A stretch of DNA of 64,000 bases from contig JBCNVM010000008.1 of the NCBI GenBank assembly GCA_039630085.1, positions 7,179 to 71,178 on the forward strand, written 5' to 3'. The translations under genes were made by a program, and so were the position numbers. The notes below the pieces were generated by a model, which worked only from the letters and a program-made list of their open reading frames with translations, made no database searches and was not told the DNA's origin. The stretch comes from Candidatus Caldarchaeales archaeon. Its GTDB lineage: Archaea > Thermoproteota > Nitrososphaeria_A > Caldarchaeales > Calditenuaceae. Every line of letters begins with the position of its first letter. Within the stretch, counting starts at the first letter, position 1. Of this stretch, positions 61,090 through 64,000 are shown piece by piece.

Positions 61090-62391
61090 TCAGCACTTGT
61101 TGGCCCTGAAGGTGGAGGTCATGGACTCCCTAGGCCAGACGATCTGGGGCTTCCCGTCCTGCACCTGCACCACCACGAACTGGTTGGTTATCTGACCGCC
61201 CGCCTTCTCGTCGAAGTAGATGGACCCTCCGACGATTATCTGAGAGGGCAGCCCCTTCTCCGGCGAGTTCAGCTGAAGCAGCACCGAGTGGATCTTCTCC
61301 GGCTCAATCAAACCTGCCTTCTCTATCGCCCACACGAGCAGCCTGGCAGCCTCGTACGGCACCGCACCGAACCAGTCCGAAGGCAGATCCAGATTCTTGG
61401 CCTTCACCCAAGCGTCCCACTTCGCGTTGAACTCCCTCACGCCGGGCCTCGGGTCGGAGGGGTTCCACCACTGAACCCCGAAGACGTTCTCCGTCGCCTT
61501 TCCCAGCTCCTTGATCGCCGTCCCCTCGGGACCCCGCGGGCCGTAGCTCACGACGACGTGACAGAGCCCCATCGCGGTGTACTGCCGGTGCATCGTGATG
61601 TAATCAGGCAGCCTCATGTCGTTGAGCATCGCGTTCGCCCCCGACGCCTTGATCGCCGATAGGATCGCGGTGTAGTCCTTCTCGCCTATGGTGTGAAAAG
61701 CCTCGTAGACTATCTCGAAGTAACCGGGGTATTTCCTAGCCGCCTCCTTTAGCCCCGCGAGGTACTCCCTCCCGTGGTCCGTGTTCTCGTTCACGCTGGC
61801 TATCTTCAGGGGCTTCGGCAGGGTCCCCCTGTCGATCTCGACCTTGAGCATCTCCATGGTCGTCAGGGCCAGCTGCTTGATCGAGGCTATCATTCCGAAC
61901 ATGTAGTTGTACCGCCTCTTCCCGTCCTCCGTGAGGAAAATGGTGCTCGTCGCACCGCCCGGGTTGATGTAGGGCATCTTGTACCTCTCCGCCACCGGGG
62001 CCTGAGCAGCGACCAGCGGCGTGCTGTAGCCTCCCAGTATGAGGTGCACCTTCTCGACCGTGATCAGGCGCTCGAGAAGCGTCGCGCTCTTCGTCGGGTC
62101 AGATTCGTCGTCCAGCACTACGAGCTTCAGTGGAATTCTCTTGTCGAACTCCCTCACATAAACTCCTCCGGCTCTGTTGACCTCGTCGAAGTACAGTTCG
62201 AACCCGGTCTTGAAGTAGAGTCCTATCCTCCCGTGAGTCCCGCTCATGGGCAGGACAGCTCCGACGACGATCTCCTTGGGCGCCTCTCTCCGCGGCCCCG
62301 GTGTGATGACGCCCGGAAGCAGGACGAAGGCCGCGACGACGCCCACGACCACGACCAGCACCGCCGCTAAGAATACAGTCCTGCGCGGCAT
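61090..62391 (-). CDS. livK: Liv-type ABC substrate-binding protein (second system)
   Basis: TM/signal FLAAVLVVVVGVVAAFVLL, then IVVGAVLPMSGTHGRIG...NRAGGVYV, Peripla_BP_6-like. 433 aa. Confidence 0.85.
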   Translation of the reverse strand: MPRRTVFLAAVLVVVVGVVAAFVLLPGVITPGPRREAPKEIVVGAVLPMSGTHGRIGLYFKTGFELYFDEVNRAGGVYVREFDKRIPLKLVVLDDESDPTKSATLLERLITVEKVHLILGGYSTPLVAAQAPVAERYKMPYINPGGATSTIFLTEDGKRRYNYMFGMIASIKQLALTTMEMLKVEIDRGTLPKPLKIASVNENTDHGREYLAGLKEAARKYPGYFEIVYEAFHTIGEKDYTAILSAIKASGANAMLNDMRLPDYITMHRQYTAMGLCHVVVSYGPRGPEGTAIKELGKATENVFGVQWWNPSDPRPGVREFNAKWDAWVKAKNLDLPSDWFGAVPYEAARLLVWAIEKAGLIEPEKIHSVLLQLNSPEKGLPSQIIVGGSIYFDEKAGGQITNQFVVVQVQDGKPQIVWPRESMTSTFRANKC

Positions 62392-62474
62392 GCACGGGTA
62401 AAAATATCGACATATAAAAGGTTTTTCATCATCCTAATACTTTAAAAACATCATCCGCCGACACCCGACGCGCT

Positions 62475-63659
62475 ATGAACCGACCGTTAGAGGGCGTAAA
62501 GGTGTTGGACCTGACCCGCGTGATGGCGGGGCCCTTCTGCACGATGGTCCTCGCCGATCTGGGGGCCGATGTCGTCAAGGTGGAGCCACCGGAGGGGGAC
62601 GACTCGAGGAAGTTCACGCCGATCGTCGACGGCGAGAGCGCGTACTTCGCCAGCGTAAACAGGAGCAAGAGGAGCATCGTGGTTGACCTGAAAAAGCCCT
62701 CTGGGCAGGAGGTCGTTAAGAGGCTCGCGAGGGTCTCCGACGTCGTGATCGAGAACTTCAGGCCGGGCGTCGCGAAGAGGCTCGGCGTCTCCTACGAGGA
62801 CCTCAGCCCGCTGAACCCCTCGCTGATCTACTGCAGCATCAGCGGCTTCGGCCAGACCGGCGTCTACTCCCAGAAGCCCGGGTACGACCTGATCGCGCTG
62901 GCCATGAGCGGCATGATGGACCTCACAGGGGAGCCCGAGGGCGAGCCGGTGAAGTTCGCCGTCCCGATAGCCGACATAGCCGCGGGGACGTTCGCGGCCA
63001 TCTCGATACTCGCGGCCCTGATCGAGAGGTCCAAGACCGGAAGGGGCGCTTACATCGATGTCTCCATGCTGGACGTCATGCTCTACCTGCTCACGCACCA
63101 AGCCTCGGCCTTCCTACTCGCGGGCGAGGTTCCCAGGAGGATGGGTTCAGCCCACCCCTCGATCGTCCCGTATCAGGCCTTCAGGGCCTCGGACGGTTAC
63201 GTCATCGTGGCCGTCGCGAACGAACCCCAGTGGCAGAGGCTCTGCGCGGCGCTCGGGGTCCCGAAGCTCGCCGAGGACGAGAGGTTCCGCACCAACGGCG
63301 ACAGGGTCAGGAACAGGGCCCAGCTGTTGGACATCCTCGGCCCGATCTTCGAGAGAAGGACCGTCGCCGAGTGGGTAGCGGAGCTCGAGCGGGCCGACAT
63401 CCCGGTCGCGCCGGTCAGATCCGTCAGGGAAGCCCTCACTGACCCCTACGTCCTCGAAAGGGGGATGGTCGAGAGGATTAGGCACCCGACGCTCGGGGAG
63501 GTGGCGCTGCTGGCCTTTCCGGTCGTCGTCTCCGGCATCAGGCCGAGGCCGAGGAGCCCGCCGCCGGTTCTGGGCCAGCACACCGACGAGGTCCTGAGGT
63601 CGCTGGGCTACACTGAGGTCGAGATCGAGGCCCTCCGGAGGGAGGGGGCGGTCAAGTGA
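62475..63659 (+). CDS. Family III CoA-transferase (CaiB/BaiF/formyl-CoA transferase/racemase family)
   Basis: LEGVKVLDLTRVMAGPFCTMVLADLGADVVKVE is the signature N-terminus of the family. Also GYDLIALAMSGMM. 394 aa. Confidence 0.9.
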   Translation: MNRPLEGVKVLDLTRVMAGPFCTMVLADLGADVVKVEPPEGDDSRKFTPIVDGESAYFASVNRSKRSIVVDLKKPSGQEVVKRLARVSDVVIENFRPGVAKRLGVSYEDLSPLNPSLIYCSISGFGQTGVYSQKPGYDLIALAMSGMMDLTGEPEGEPVKFAVPIADIAAGTFAAISILAALIERSKTGRGAYIDVSMLDVMLYLLTHQASAFLLAGEVPRRMGSAHPSIVPYQAFRASDGYVIVAVANEPQWQRLCAALGVPKLAEDERFRTNGDRVRNRAQLLDILGPIFERRTVAEWVAELERADIPVAPVRSVREALTDPYVLERGMVERIRHPTLGEVALLAFPVVVSGIRPRPRSPPPVLGQHTDEVLRSLGYTEVEIEALRREGAVK

Positions 63660-63665
63660 GGAGCC

Positions 63666-64000
63666 TTGTCCGGTGACCGCCTGCTGGAGCTGGGAGCAGC
63701 GGAGCTGACAGAGAGGATAAGGACCTGCGAAGTCTCGCCGGTCGATCTGGTCGAGAGGCTCCTGGACCGCATACGGCGGCTCAACGGCCTGCTGAACGCG
63801 TTCATCACTGTGGCCTCGGAGTCAAGCTTGAGGGAGGCGGAGGTTCTGGAGCGCGAGGCGAGGGAGGGCAGGCTGAGGGGTCCTCTCCACGGCGTGCCTG
63901 TCGCGGTTAAGGACCTGATACACGTCAAGGGGATGAGGTTCACGGCAGGCTCGAGGATACTCTCCGACTCGCGCTCGGGGTTCGACGCGACCGTCGTCGA
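63666..64000 (+). CDS. Amidase-signature family enzyme (GatA-like amidase), 5' part only
   Basis: My own translation from the TTG at 63666 gives SGDRLLELGAAELTERIRTCEVSPVDLVERLLDRIRRLNGLLNAFITV...GPLHGVPVAVKDLIHVKGMRFTAGS, a classic amidase N-terminus. It runs off the window. Confidence 0.8.
   Translation, partial: MSGDRLLELGAAELTERIRTCEVSPVDLVERLLDRIRRLNGLLNAFITVASESSLREAEVLEREAREGRLRGPLHGVPVAVKDLIHVKGMRFTAGSRILSDSRSGFDATVV

Noticed and set aside
62392-62474. AUGAUGA-like (C-box) strings in the AT-rich spacers at 62392-62474 and 45424-45516, as possible C/D-box sRNAs
   Set aside because: No matching D box (CUGA) or terminal stem lies at an appropriate distance. The A/T blocks are better explained as bidirectional TATA boxes, 25-30 nt from the flanking start codons.
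1-64000. CRISPR arrays, rRNA genes, IS elements or transposases, prophage genes
   Set aside because: I saw no regularly spaced direct repeats, no rRNA-like conserved stretches, and no transposase- or integrase-like ORFs on either strand.

Overview
Dense, very GC-rich archaeal chromosome segment. Sampled 60-nt lines are about 65-73% GC, apart from one GC trough at about 25.05-26.45 kb. I call 68 protein genes (two of them partial at the window edges) and one tRNA-Ser(UGA). I saw no rRNA, CRISPR array, transposase or integrase. The gene content points to a TACK-type archaeon: a GINS23-MCM-Hel308 replication cluster, a zinc-type ferredoxin, an ESCRT-III/CdvB paralog, aIF2-gamma, an rpoD-L18e-L13 cluster, and TATA-like boxes 25-33 nt upstream of many start codons (leaderless mRNAs). 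The rest is housekeeping and transport: H+-pyrophosphatase, a Dpp/Opp-type peptide ABC importer, two Liv-type ABC importers, a YkoEDC-like ECF module, an MFS transporter, SufB, HisG, TyrRS, KsgA, Lpd, a MtnA/eIF2B-family isomerase, an acyl-CoA carboxyltransferase, a family III CoA-transferase and an amidase. Four things deserve a second look. (1) A eukaryote-type ubiquitin operon at 1-2262: a 78-aa ubiquitin homolog ending in GG-stop, a UBC-type E2 with an HPN motif, an E1, and a partial coiled-coil gene. A JAMM/Rpn11-like gene lies 18 kb away in its own operon with a P/Q-rich coiled-coil protein and an alpha-class DNA methyltransferase. (2) A five-gene operon at 25206-28513: three small secreted beta-rich paralogs, an S26/SipW-like signal peptidase and a membrane-anchored protein with five InlB-B-like repeats. 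I read it as a TasA/TapA/SipW-like or bundling-pilus-like surface fibre module. Its three subunit genes sit in the only low-GC trough of the window. (3) An NAD-kinase-like protein with a degenerate GGDG motif fused to a winged-helix domain. (4) A ParB/Srx-fold, SerK-like protein next to a class V aminotransferase. A protoglobin and an orphan MoxR-VWA pair are also present. Most long ORFs in the six-frame track that lie antisense to or overlap these genes are Arg/Pro/Gly-rich shadow ORFs, expected at this GC content, and I rejected them.
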